A DNA stretch of 64,000 nt, taken from Eledone cirrhosa. Taxonomy: Eukaryota. Below are positions 12,461 to 24,803 of this stretch, piece after piece. The stretch spans positions 140,988,001-141,052,000 of the forward strand of contig OZ024742.1 in assembly GCA_964016885.1 (NCBI GenBank), given 5' to 3'. Made by a program: the position numbers and the translations under genes. The number at the start of each line of letters is the position of its first letter. Position 1 is the stretch's first letter. The notes under the pieces were generated by a model. It did no database searches, was not told the origin of the DNA, and worked only from the letters and a program-made list of their open reading frames with translations.

Positions 12461-15400
12461 GGAAACAACACATCACCCAGTCTGAGATGTGTTGTTTCCT
12501 TGAGCAAGACAGTATATGAAAATATATTTCAAACCCCAGTAAAAGGTTAACTGTAAATGCTAGTAAATCAATAATTATCATCTGCTTCAATCATGTATTA
12601 TTAAAAAGAAGATAGCAATTAATATACAGATTCTAAAAAAAAAAAAATTCTAGTGAAAGTTGAAGGCAGTAAATTGTCAGTCGATAGAGCTTTTCAGTAT
12701 TTGGTCTTACATTCTGAGTTCAATTTATGTTGAGACCTACTTTATTTTCTTTTTTGTCTTTCAGACAACTACTGAGGAAGAGCATGGTCTAGTGGTTAGT
12801 GTATTGGGCCCTTGAGTGGAATCTCATAGGCCTGATTCCCAGACAAGGTGGTATGTTGAGCTCTTGAACAAAACATTTCATTTCACATTGCTCCAACCAA
12901 CTCAACTGAAAATGAAGAGCAGCAGCTAGGAGTTTACCCTGCGATGGACTAGTATTTTATCTTGAACTCTCAGTCAGTTAATGTCAATGAAACTGAGATA
13001 AGCTCTGGGTTAATGAGCTTCTAGGCTCGATAGAGTCTTTTTAACAAGTATTGGGGCTGATACTTTCTTTCACTCTCTCTCTCTTTTAGAATCAGCTATG
13101 CTGAAAGGACCAAAAGAGCATTGCCATCTACTCTATAAAAGTTGAAATCACAAGGTTGTACTATATGTAGTATGATGTAATATACAAAACATTTTTATAT
13201 TCATTCTAAAGTAAATGTTATGAGGCCTAACAGAATTTCTGAATCTAATCAATGAGAGAAAATAAAAACAAAAATTAAATAAGATTAAAAATTAAATAAC
13301 TGATCAATTATTTCTCATCTAAACATAATCACTGAGACATAAAAAATAAAATAAATAAAAATACAAATTCATCTTTAAGGTAAAAATATACAAAACCAAG
13401 AAGATAAAATAATTCAAGAATAAAAATTAATTGAATATTAAGTACAATGAATCAAGAAAAGGTAAATAGTAGAAAGCCAAACAAAAGTGGCAACAATACA
13501 AATAAATTTCATAATAGCTATAAAAATAAAAAAGTTATAAAGGAAACCTACTCCACCCTGACCCTGGTGGAATGATAATCAATAAACAACTTTTGTTTCA
13601 ACAAAGATCTTGTTGAAAGAGCTTTATTCATCATGATCTCTAACATCTTAGTTGCAATCAAATCATTTCTATCCATGAAGTATTTCCTTTAAAGAAGTGT
13701 TACAAGTTAAATATTAAACATAGCATGGCACCTTGAGGTTTTTTGTAAATATTAATCTTAAGAGAAGTGTTTTCATAACAGCTTGTTTTTTAGTCTATCA
13801 ACCTCATCACTCTAGTTTAATTTGTTTATTTTACATCATCTAAGAAAGAATAAATCCATATACTCAAGTTCAATTATGTAAAAATGTTGAAACAAATATT
13901 AAGTTATAAAACACTAAAGATCCTTTTAGTAAACTGTAGTGAAAAGATGAGGTGGATGAAAAGCATGGCTGAGTGGTTAAGAAGTCTGCTTTGCAATAAT
14001 GAAGCCCAAGGTTCGATCCAACTGCATGGGCACTTTTGCCAAATGTCTTTATCAAAGCCTCAGACTAACTCAAGTCAGTGAGTGAAATTGGGTAGATGGA
14101 AGATGTGTGGAAATCCATTAGATGGATTGTACCTGTAATTCAAAGGTGCAATCTTGTTACACATTGTGCCATGCTGATTCTCTTTGGGAATTACATTAAG
14201 AATACATATGTCTGCAGAATACTCAGTCATTTACATGTTAATTTAAGGAGTAGGACACTCAGATGATCAAACAACTGAAAAATCATCCATCAGTGTAAAG
14301 ATAAAATAGTTTGAAAGGCAATATTTTCAATAAATAACAGGCTATTAATATGCACAAATAATGAGTAATTATGAGTTCTGTATTTAATTTGAATTTGTAA
14401 CAGTGTTCTTAGTGATTAACCCTTTTGATACCAAACCACATGAAACCCCCCAAAATTCTATGATACAAAATTGCTTGTTCAAAGTTGCATATATTTATCC
14501 AAAAAAACCTTCCATCATAATTTTATATGAAAACCTTTAAGCTATGTTCCAAACACCAGTTAAATAATGAGAAAGTTACTAAATCACTCTAAATTCATAA
14601 TTATTTTCAAGCAGCAGATTTCATTAGAAGTATGGTAAAGAAAGGATTAAGTAATTATAAGTTTGAATTATAAAACATATTTTAATGAAGATACTCTGTA
14701 AAGTGGTTGGTGAATGAGTAGAGAATATGTAGTGTAATGAGAGATCTTTAGTCTGACTGAGTAGATAAACACTGAAAAATGCACCTAGGACATTCTGTAA
14801 ATAGTTAGTGTTAAGAAAGGCATCCAGATGTAGAAACCATGAAAAAAATGGAATGTTCAAGCAAGTTATGGTCTTCTGATCCTGAGTAAGAACTGCTTTG
14901 AATCATCTCAACCTGTTCAACCCATGTAAGCATGGGTTGAACTAGTGATTCCTAACATGTATATTTCCATATTTCTTTGTGTCGTTCTAAATTTCTGTTC
15001 TTTGTTTTTAGGCATCCACCATGTCTCTACTCCATGAGTCATTGTTGATATGACACTCTGGTCAAACATTCAGTGTTTCAAGCATAATGGTATCTTACCT
15101 TTTCATGATATCATTAAAGTTGCCAAAAGTACACCATCCAACTCGGATTCATCTGTTTACTTCCACTATATGGCTGTATTCTACATTTACCAACTATCCA
15201 AGATAAATACATTTGTCAGTTGTTATAGTATCATGATTGACCTGGATGACTTTACTTGTTGCATAGCTATTGAACACACCTATATTATTCTTGACTGTAA
15301 CAATTATATATTAATTTTGCATGTATTATTGATATAAATCTCTTTTGCATGTATTATTGATATAAATCTCTTTTGACAGTACTTTCACTTTGTGTTTGCA

Positions 15401-16067
15401 TGACTTTAATTTCTATACTGTCTATTATAATTATAATTTTAAGTATAATTTTCCAGCTTCTTTGTAGATTATTGGTTATATGATTTTGCTGTATACTATT
15501 TGATCTCTAGTAATCATATATATGTAGATCAAATATTTCATTCAACTTGCTAGTTTATATACTTTATATCTCAAAAGACTTTCTATAAATCTATTGAATT
15601 ATAAACATAAATATGTTCTCTATGGTATAATAAATAGTGTAATAATTATATATCATAAATATTTTTTGTATACTTTTGATGGGATAATAATATCTTAGAT
15701 ATATTTAAGGGGGTGTAATTGGAATTTAAATACTGAAATCATTTATTATAATAATCTAACTTTTGTATACTTTTTAAAATAAGGGTATTTTAGTTGGATT
15801 AGAAATATGAAGTTTGTTGAAAAAGTGCGAGACTATTTTTTGCTATGGAAAGTAATGATGTTGGGGAGACAAAAGAGTGCCAAGTGGAGCTGTATGCATT
15901 CATCTGCATGCTTATTTTTTGGCAAGCTTGCTGGATGCATTAGTCACTATCAGCTACTTCTTATCACATTTTCATTTTGCCCAATACAGCCAAGAAGGAT
16001 TCTGATTTTTTTTTAATATCATGATAACATTCAACATCAGCAAAACCCAAAATAACATGTCATGTAT

Positions 16068-16260
16068 AGAGTGGTGCTGACTGTTTCCTTTGACTACTGA
16101 GGTGTTGTGCATTATGAATATGCACCAGAAGGACTAACAGTTACAAAGAAGTACTACCAGGAAGCTCTCCTACGTCTTTCTGATGCAGCTTGGTGCAAGC
16201 GGGCCTCACAAAACAGACAGCTGCATCAGGAAAATGCTCTAACTCATTCATCACACCTTA
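16068..16260 (+). mobile_element. mariner transposase remnant
   Basis: VLTVSFDY*GVVHYEYAPEGLTVTKKYYQEALLRL...LHQENALTH, typical of the mariner catalytic domain. Confidence 0.7.
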
Positions 16261-17159
16261 TAATAACAAGCATTTTAAGATCATTTTCCCTGCTAAAGCA
16301 GACACCATGGCTGACTTTATACTCATCGTGGTGTCCTTTTTGGTACAATGTTTTATAGCCGGATGCATTTCCTAAAACCAAGCCTTTTGTTGCTTCTTAC
16401 AATATACAGATACAATGTACCTACTCTAAACTGGATACACCCATCATAAACACCATATATAACAATTTAAAATCATAAGTGAACAGATTTTCAATTATTA
16501 TGATAGTACAAATAAATTATTCAGAATACCAATAAAAAATGTATCCCAACATCTAATGTAAAACACCAGATATGACCACAAGTCAACAAACACCATAGTA
16601 ACATAGCAATTGATTATGACTTGGAAATTGTTTTCTGTTATAGATAACATGCAAGAAACCATTTTACAGTAATTCACGAAAGAATTAGATATGACTGGCA
16701 GCATACAAGTTCTAAAAACATCTGCTTCTTTGTCTGTATCTCATATTACCTAGTTAGTAGGAGGCTCTTACTGCAAGACTGTATTAGGAGTAGACAGAAG
16801 CTGTTGTATATTGACAAGACGATTAGATGTTTGCCAGCAAATGGATGGATATATCTTGACTAAACTTTATAAAAAGATATACTTTGGAGGTTTATATTAT
16901 AAATATTAGGCAGCAATTATTTTACATCAGAATAACAACACACAACAAGCATTTTAACATCATTTTCCCTGTTGAGGCAGAGATTAGCCATGCAGCTACC
17001 ATGAAGAGCACATCTTTGGGTCCCTTTTTAAAGGAATGCCTTTATTGGTTCCAATCCATTTAGTTGCCTCTTATGACACACAGGAATACTGCTTATCTAT
17101 TCTAAACTGGATACAAGCAGAAGTCCATAGTATAAATATTATACAATATAATATATATA

Positions 17160-18047
17160 TAGCTTCTGCTACCTAGGTGACCGAATTAGCAACGGAGGTG
17201 GGTGCTCAGAAAGTACAATAACTAGGGTAAGAACGGGATGGAAGAAGTTTAGGGAACTACTACCACTGCTAGCTGCAAAAGGCTTCTCCCTCAGAATGAA
17301 AGGCAGACTGTATGATGCGTGTATCCGAACAGCGATGTTGCATGGTAGTGAGACCTGGGCGCTGAAGGTGGAAGACTTACGTAGATTAGAGAGAAACGAA
17401 GCCTGCATGCTCCGATGGATGTGTAACAGTAATATACGTGAACGACAAAGCATAAAGGAATTGAGAGAGAGACTGAGCATAAGAGGAATCAAATGCTGCG
17501 TGCAGGAGAGGCGGTTACGCTGGTATGGACATGTGATGCGTATGAAGGATGACAGCTGCATAAAAAGGTGCAGAGCACTAGAAGTTGATGGAAACCGCGG
17601 AGTGGGGAGACCCAAGATGACTTGGGATGAGGTGATAAAAGCCGACCTTACCCAACTACACCTCTCAAAGTCAATGACACACGACCGTGACTTCTGGCGT
17701 CACGCAGTAATACAGGGTACCCGACCTCCCATGGGTACATGCTGAAGCATATAAACAATATGCCCCCCCCCCCCCCCCCACCACCACCGCAAGGTGGTCG
17801 TGGAGGTGCCACGGCAAAAAAGCACCCAGCCCACACTGTAAAGTGGACGTGTAGGCGCCACGAAAAAGCACCCAGCACTCACTGTAAATGAGGTTGGTGT
17901 TAGGAAGGGCATCCAGCTGTAGAAATCAAGCCAGATCAGTTCCTGTATGAGCAAGGCATGGTCAGCCGACCAGACACTGCCCACAACAGGACAACCCGTC
18001 TAACCCATGCTAGCGTGGAAGAACGGACGTAAAACGGTGATGATGAT
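17160..18047 (+). mobile_element. RTE family B, young 5'-truncated copy with extended 3' module
   Basis: Open C-terminal ORF to 17745; near-identical to the copies at 28.3, 36 and 37.6 kb; (GAT)n tail. Confidence 0.93.
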
Positions 18048-18616
18048 TTGCCTTTCATCCTTATGGGGCCGATAAAATAAAGCACCAGTAATGCACTGGG
18101 ATAATTGCTGGCCTTGTGCCAAAAGTAGAAACATTTATTTTATGTAAAAAACTTTCAATAAAATAAATAAGTTGTTAAAAGTCTTCCAATGATTAAAGAT
18201 AAAAGTTGATAAAACCAACAAACTATTTGGGGATTTTAAACCTATTAACCAGTACTGTTGGTTTCTTGTAATCAAATATGAATAGGTTTTAGAAAATAGA
18301 AACTAAAAATAAATAGACCTACATCGTTTTTCATGTTGAGGGCTCTAGTTGTTCAATCACTGACCTACTTATTAAATTAACATGTAAGTGGCTGAATATT
18401 TTCACAAACATGTGTTCCCTTAACATAATTTTTAAGAAGAAATGATGTGATACAATGTGTAATAAGACTGCTGGCTCTTTGAATAACAGGTACAAAATTT
18501 CACTCATATGGCTTGGGTTGATCCAAGGCTCAAGATGTCATAGAGTGAGATCGAACTTAGAAACTCATAATTGTGTAGATATATCTATTAAATTACCCCA
18601 ATTATATTACTGATAA

Positions 18617-20558
18617 CACCGTGTAATCACTCTGGCTTGTAATCACTTTTTTTGTGTTGCTTAGGTCCCAAATAAATTTTATAAAAGTGCTATTAAACAG
18701 TTAAAAGTTTGGGTTTGTAAAAATTCTAAGCTATTCACTAGAATTATTTGTATGCTGGATTTTATGTTGTATGTAAGTTTAATTTGCTTATGTTAAATGA
18801 TTTTTTTATATATGTTTCAGGTTAAATTAAAATTATAAAATAAAGAGTAATACCTAAAGAAAATTATAAAAGTGCAATAAAGTATAAAATTGTTAAAAAG
18901 TGGATTAAAGAGATTTATTGATACTGGATTTTCGCACCCTGAATAAAGGGTAAGTTGTGTTTGAAGCACGAATTTTCATTAGTATGATTAGTGTTCTTTT
19001 ATATTATTTAAATATGTATTTCCCTTTCCAATATTTATTTTGTACTGCATGTCAAATTTATTTTCCAAGACAAGTACTCTGATGAAGAGGAGGAGATGGA
19101 TGCTGAGGACTTGGATTACCTGCCTGAGGTACCAGAAAAAGTTCCTCACTTCCCAAACCAAAAAGAAGTCAATGACTTGGTCAGGGATATGGGTCTGACC
19201 AAGTCCAATGCAGAGCTATTTGTCTCCAGGATGAAGCAGTGGAACTTGGTCAAGGAGGAAGTGCAGGTGACAAGTCAGAGAAGTCGACACAAACCTTTCT
19301 CAGGCTTTTACACTCTTAGGGATGGCCTCTGCTTCTCCCATGACGTGCCTGGACTGTTTGACGTTATTGGGGTGCCGTTTGTGCTCAAGGAGTGGCGACT
19401 ATTTATAGACAGCTCCACCACAAGTTTGAAGGCTGTCCTCCTCCACAATGGAAACAAGTTCCCGACACTGCCCCTAGCTCATTCAGTCTGCCTGAAGGAA
19501 GATTACTGCAGTGTGAAAGTCCTCTTGGAAGCTCTGCAATACAACCAGTACAATTGGGAAATCATTGGAGACTTCAAGATGGTGGCTTTCCTGCTTGGAT
19601 TCCAAGGAGGCTTTATCAAATTCCAATGCTTCCTCTGCCTTTGGGACAGCAGAGCCACCTCTGACCACTACAAAAGAAAGAACTGGGAGCAGTGAACAGA
19701 ATTTGTAGTTGGGACCCGGAGCGTCATGTGGGAGCCACTGGTTGATCCCAGGATTGTGCTCATGCTGCTACTGCACATTAAGTTGGGGTTGATGAAGCAG
19801 TTTGTGAAGGTTCTCAACCAAGAATCAGCTGCTTTTAAGTACCTTCTTGAGTTCTTCCCCAAGTTATCTGAGGCCAAAATCAAAGGTGTTTGAGTCTACT
19901 GAGTTCTCCAATAAGCTCAATAGGATTGAGAGAACAGCACGGAACTGTTTCAAGGCAGTTGTTAGGGGCTTCCTGGGCAACTACAGAGATGAAAACTACC
20001 AGCAACTGGTGCAGGATCTGATAAAGGCTTTTGGCGCAATTGGATGCAGGATGTTGCTTAAACTCCATATGCTGGACGCTCACCTGGAAAAATTCAAGGA
20101 CAATATGGGCGCCTACTCAGAAGAACAAGGCGAACGATTCCACCAAGATGTGAAAGAGATATAGCGGAGGTACCAGGGCCACTACAATGAAAAAATGATA
20201 GGGGACTATATCTGGGGGCTAGTGCGGGAATGCGACCTGGACTACAACCGCAAATCCAGGAAATCCAGTCATTTCTGATGTGTATAAGTTGCTTTATAAG
20301 TGTTATTTGTTTTTACTTGTTTGCTTTTGATAAGCTTGTGTAATAAAATAAATATATACTCTGTTGATTTAATTATATGAACTGATAAATTTTTTTAAAT
20401 GTGTTTTTTCTTGAAAAATATGAAAATTTTGAAATATCAAACTCCTGACCACAAATCCAGACTTCTGATTAAATAATAGTGTTTTTTTATAATAATAGGA
20501 TATAACAAACCATGAAATAACACTTAGAACCGGGGAACAAAAAATATGTTACACGGTG
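18617..20558 (+). mobile_element. Chapaev3-like (CMC superfamily) DNA transposon with both ends and a decayed transposase
   Basis: TIR CACCGTGTAA...TTACACGGTG and a 3-bp TSD TAA (18614-16, 20559-61). Transposase 19096-20277 has EWRLFIDSS..SLKAVLLHNGN, GDFKMVAFLLG.QGGFIKFQCFLCLWDSR, LHIKLG, EEQGERFHQD. It has stops (19693, 20162) and a deletion/frameshift near 19885. Confidence 0.85.
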
Positions 20559-23500
20559 TAATTTGTTTTATTGATCCAAAAAGAAAGTAAAAGTGAAAAA
20601 ATTATTCTTGGCTCTACAATAGAAAATTTTGTTTTTAAAGTGTTTATATTTATCAAAAAACTTTCCATCATAATTTTTTGTAAGAATCTTTGTTAAGTTA
20701 TGTTCAAAACACCAACTTAATAATGAAAAGGTTAAATACTGTTTCTGTCTCCCAATTTAACTCATAAACCATTGGTCAATCTAAGACATAGTAGAGAACA
20801 CTTGCCCAAGGCATCACACTGTGAGATAGACCTGAAATGAAATGATTGCAAAGCAAACTTTTAATGATGCAGTTATTGCCTACACAGAGTTGCAAAATAT
20901 CTATACAAGAGAGGGAGGGGGCTAAATAATTATTTTACATTTGAGTAATTAGAAGTGATGTAGCAAATTGATGAAAGGACTAGACCACTGGTGTATGGGT
21001 TAAAACATTAGCATAAGGCGAACATTGCATATCTAGAAATGTCAATACTACTTCTTGCTTACTGTTGAATAGTTATCATTAACCATTTCATGACCATGTT
21101 TCTAACAAAAGCCACTGTCTAATTAACTTTTACATATTTTTATACCAAACCAGGCCTAGTTCTATAATAATAATTTTAAAAAACTGTTTTAATGTGCGTG
21201 TCTATTTAAAAATCTCCCATCATAATTTTATGTAAGAATCTTTGTTAAGTTATGCTTTAAACACCAGCTTAACAATGAGAAAGTTACTTTTAGTACTAAA
21301 TCATTTCAAGTTCTTATTTATTTTCAAAAGGATTTGAAAATTATAAGTAATTTTGTATCATAAAATTAGGCATGTTGGTATAAAAGGGTTAAGTATCTAG
21401 CTGTAAAATACATGAATGTTAATAAACATTTGACATCAGCTAAAAAAAAAAGAAAAAAAAAAATCAAATAAAAAAAGAAGAAAAGATATGTGATGAGAAT
21501 AATAGTTGATGTGTTTGCAAAAGTATTATAGCTAATATTTCATTTCTAATACATTTCTCTTTATTGTAACATTTTGCTACGAAAGAAAAAAAAAGAAAAG
21601 AAATATCCCCTAAAGAAAACATAAAATTAAATACTCAAAATACTGAATATTTCATTTGAAGGGTTTCTAAAACCTATAGAATATGCCTAAATTCTATACA
21701 TTTTCAAAATTTCTGGGTTTTATTAATCTGTTTTTCTATTTCAAAGAATCTGCTGGCAACAAAATTCATTTAACTGAATTAATGCAACAATAAATAAAAC
21801 TTATGATTTCCACATAATATTTTTCAGATATTTGTATCTTAGAACTGATTATCATTAAAAAGTAACAGTCTTTGATCATGTCAAAAAAATAAGCCTCAAT
21901 GTAAAATTTCAGCTATTGGTACACTAATGTTTTCTACAACTTGGAACATATCTATATATACTTTTACTCTTTTTCTCATTTCAATCACTAGACGGTGGCC
22001 ATATTGGAGCACAGCCTTGATTTAGTTGATTAAATCAAACACAGTAGATATATTTTCAAGCCTGATACTTATTTTATTTATTCACTCTTTTGTCAAACTT
22101 AAGTTACAGGAGATAAATAGACACAAATGTAAAAGCAGACACAGACAGGTGGACACACACATATATTAAGGAAAGTAAAAAACCAACTGCTAGGCATCGG
22201 GGTCAGGTTTTCACCTTCCTTTATACCTACTCTGCTTCTTCCTATGCAATGAGTATTACCCTGATTTTTGGTCTCCCCAGTCTCAACATCACAGACTTTA
22301 TATATGCCAAGCTTCTGCAGTATCCATCTACCAAATTCTAATCAGAAAACCCTAGTAAACCCAAGACTGTAGTAATTTATCCTTGCCTAAGGTGCCACAC
22401 AGTGGAACTAAACCCAGAACTAGGTGATTATGAAGCAAACTCTTAAGCCACACAGTCATTCCTATATATATAATGAAAAAAGTGTGGACGTTAGAAAATG
22501 TTCTATACGTATCACGTTATATAAGGAAAAAGATAATAAAAGCGCATCTGGTATATATATAAAAAAAGAGAGAACTTTATAACATGTACAAAAAATTGGT
22601 GGTTAATGAAGCTTGCTTTTTCTTACGTTTTTCAAAAACATTTTTTTAAAGTTGTTCTTTCCTTGTTTTTCGGACCCAAACCACATGGTCGAAAAACAAC
22701 AAAAGAATAACTAAAAAAAATGTAAAAGAAGCTCAAAGAAAAACTTCCGAGCTCTTATTATAAATTGAAAAATGAATGACATATATATATATAAACATAT
22801 CAAACATTAAAACAGGAGATAATTTGCAAAGAATGTAAGAACATATAATTACATATATTAAATGGAAAAACCTGACACTAAATAACTATTTTATTCTCTC
22901 ATACATAATTCCTTTATAGCTTCAGAAACATGTTTCACCTTTGAAATGGTAAAGTTTAATAGTCAATGAGGATCATCAGCAAGAAAGAATCAATTATGTT
23001 GAACTTACACCTCTAAAGCAAATTGAAGGATTAGCCTAAAATGCACATGTAGTTTTGAAAAAAACACTGCGTCTCAGTCACGTCCAGGTGACGTGAATAG
23101 GTTTGTTGATAGCTAGAAATAGCAGCAAAAAAAAAAAACCATTGAACAATAGAAAGCTCTACTAAAATACTATTTAGGAGCATATTTATATTACTAAAAT
23201 GAAAAAAGATGTGTCTGAGGAAATTGTAGACATACGCCATGTAATTAAATGGTCTTCTGTCCCATTTAAGAGAGGAATAATTCTAAACTGACTTGCATCA
23301 TGATAACCTGTCCAACCAATGCCAGCAGGAAAAGCAGCCATATAATGATGATTATGATGATAGTCTCTAAGTAATCATACAAATACAGCCAGTCATTTAT
23401 CTTCTTCCAGTCATTCATCAATTTATTAATTGATCCAGGAATTGAAGATGCGTGGAAACTTATATGATTACATTTCTAACTAATGTTATTTCAACTGTAT

Positions 23501-24139
23501 GAGGCTGGTTTTCTAACAAGAGTTAGAACCCAATGATCCTAGTCTCAATGAAAAAAAATAGGGAAAAATATTCTGTTGTTAATCAACATTTTCTTATTGT
23601 AAATCGTATTTTTAGTCCTGACCAGATTTGTTTTAATATAAAAAGCAATGTACTTGGTGGCTGCACTGAAAATTAAGAAAATGAAAGATTATAAAGTTGG
23701 TCTTCGTAGATCTATAACAGTAAGCAGGAGACATTTACTTTTTTAGAATATAGAAATGGAATAGATCAATATAGATCAATGAAAATATTTTTTTTAAAAT
23801 CAAAATGGAGATTTTAATTGAGAATTCAGATATACAGCAGAAAGGTTCAGTTAACAGAAAAAAAAATTAGTTAAAATGTAAACTAGTCATGAGCCAATAT
23901 ACAGAAAATCATGTGAAACAAAAATAAACTCAATTTTAATTCATGTAGGGAGCAAAGTACAATGTTTTAATACTTTTAGCTATATAGTTTCTTTAATGTA
24001 GCAGCTGAGTATTATAAAAAGTAAAACAAGTCTGAAGGATATTAAGTTTTTATATCAAAAAGTGTTTTTTTAAATATGTTCAATTTCATTTGAAGTTTGA
24101 GATTTAATTTTATGATTTTTTTTTTATCAATTAGAGCAG

Positions 24140-24803
24140 TCATCATCATCATCATCATCATCATCAGGTTTAGCGTCCGTGTTCCACGCTTGCATGGGTT
24201 TGGACGGGGGTTTTCCCACTTGAGGCAAGAGTGGTTGTCTTGCTCGCATAGGACTGTCTGGCGGGTTTTCTACAGTTGGATGCCCTTCCTAACACCAACC
24301 ACATTTACAGTGTGGGGCTGGGAGGTTTTTACCGTGTTGCCTACACGGCCACATTACAGCGTGGACTGTCTGGCAGGTTTTCTACAGCTGGATGCCCTTC
24401 CTAACACCAACCACATTTACAGTGTGGAGCTGGGAGGTTTTTACCGTGTTGCCTACACGGCCACATTTACAGCGTGGACTGTGTGTTTTTTGTCGTGACA
24501 CCTACACGATCTCATTTGTTTCGGCCTGGATGTTGTGGGACCAACATAACTTTACATTGAAAGGGGCGGTGTGGGTGGGGTGGAGGTGGTGGGACGGGGG
24601 TGTGTTTTGATAGAGGTGCCTACTGACTGTAGTAGGTTTTTACTTTGTATTTAGGTAAGGCGGGTCTTCTCTATTACTGAGTACCGCCAAAGGTCTCGGT
24701 CCAGTGACATTGTCTTGGAGAGGTGTAAGCGTGTGAGGTCGGAATTTATCAGCTCGTCCCATGTTTTTCTGGGTCTGCCTACTCCGTGGCTACCGTCTAT
24801 CTT
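24140..24803 (-). mobile_element. RTE family C 3' end with internal duplication of the 3' module
   Basis: Reverse complement matches 5697-6199; a ~115-bp block is repeated (~24250-24365, ~24366-24480). Confidence 0.88.

Noticed and set aside
13572-13634. Imperfect AT-rich hairpin around tttcaacaa-agatc-ttgttgaaa
   Set aside because: Short AT-rich stem with a 5-nt loop is plausible by chance; no recognisable miRNA or SECIS.
23078-23096. Spaced palindrome tcacgtc-caggt-gacgtga (bZIP-like sites)
   Set aside because: 7-bp arms alone are insufficient evidence for regulation.
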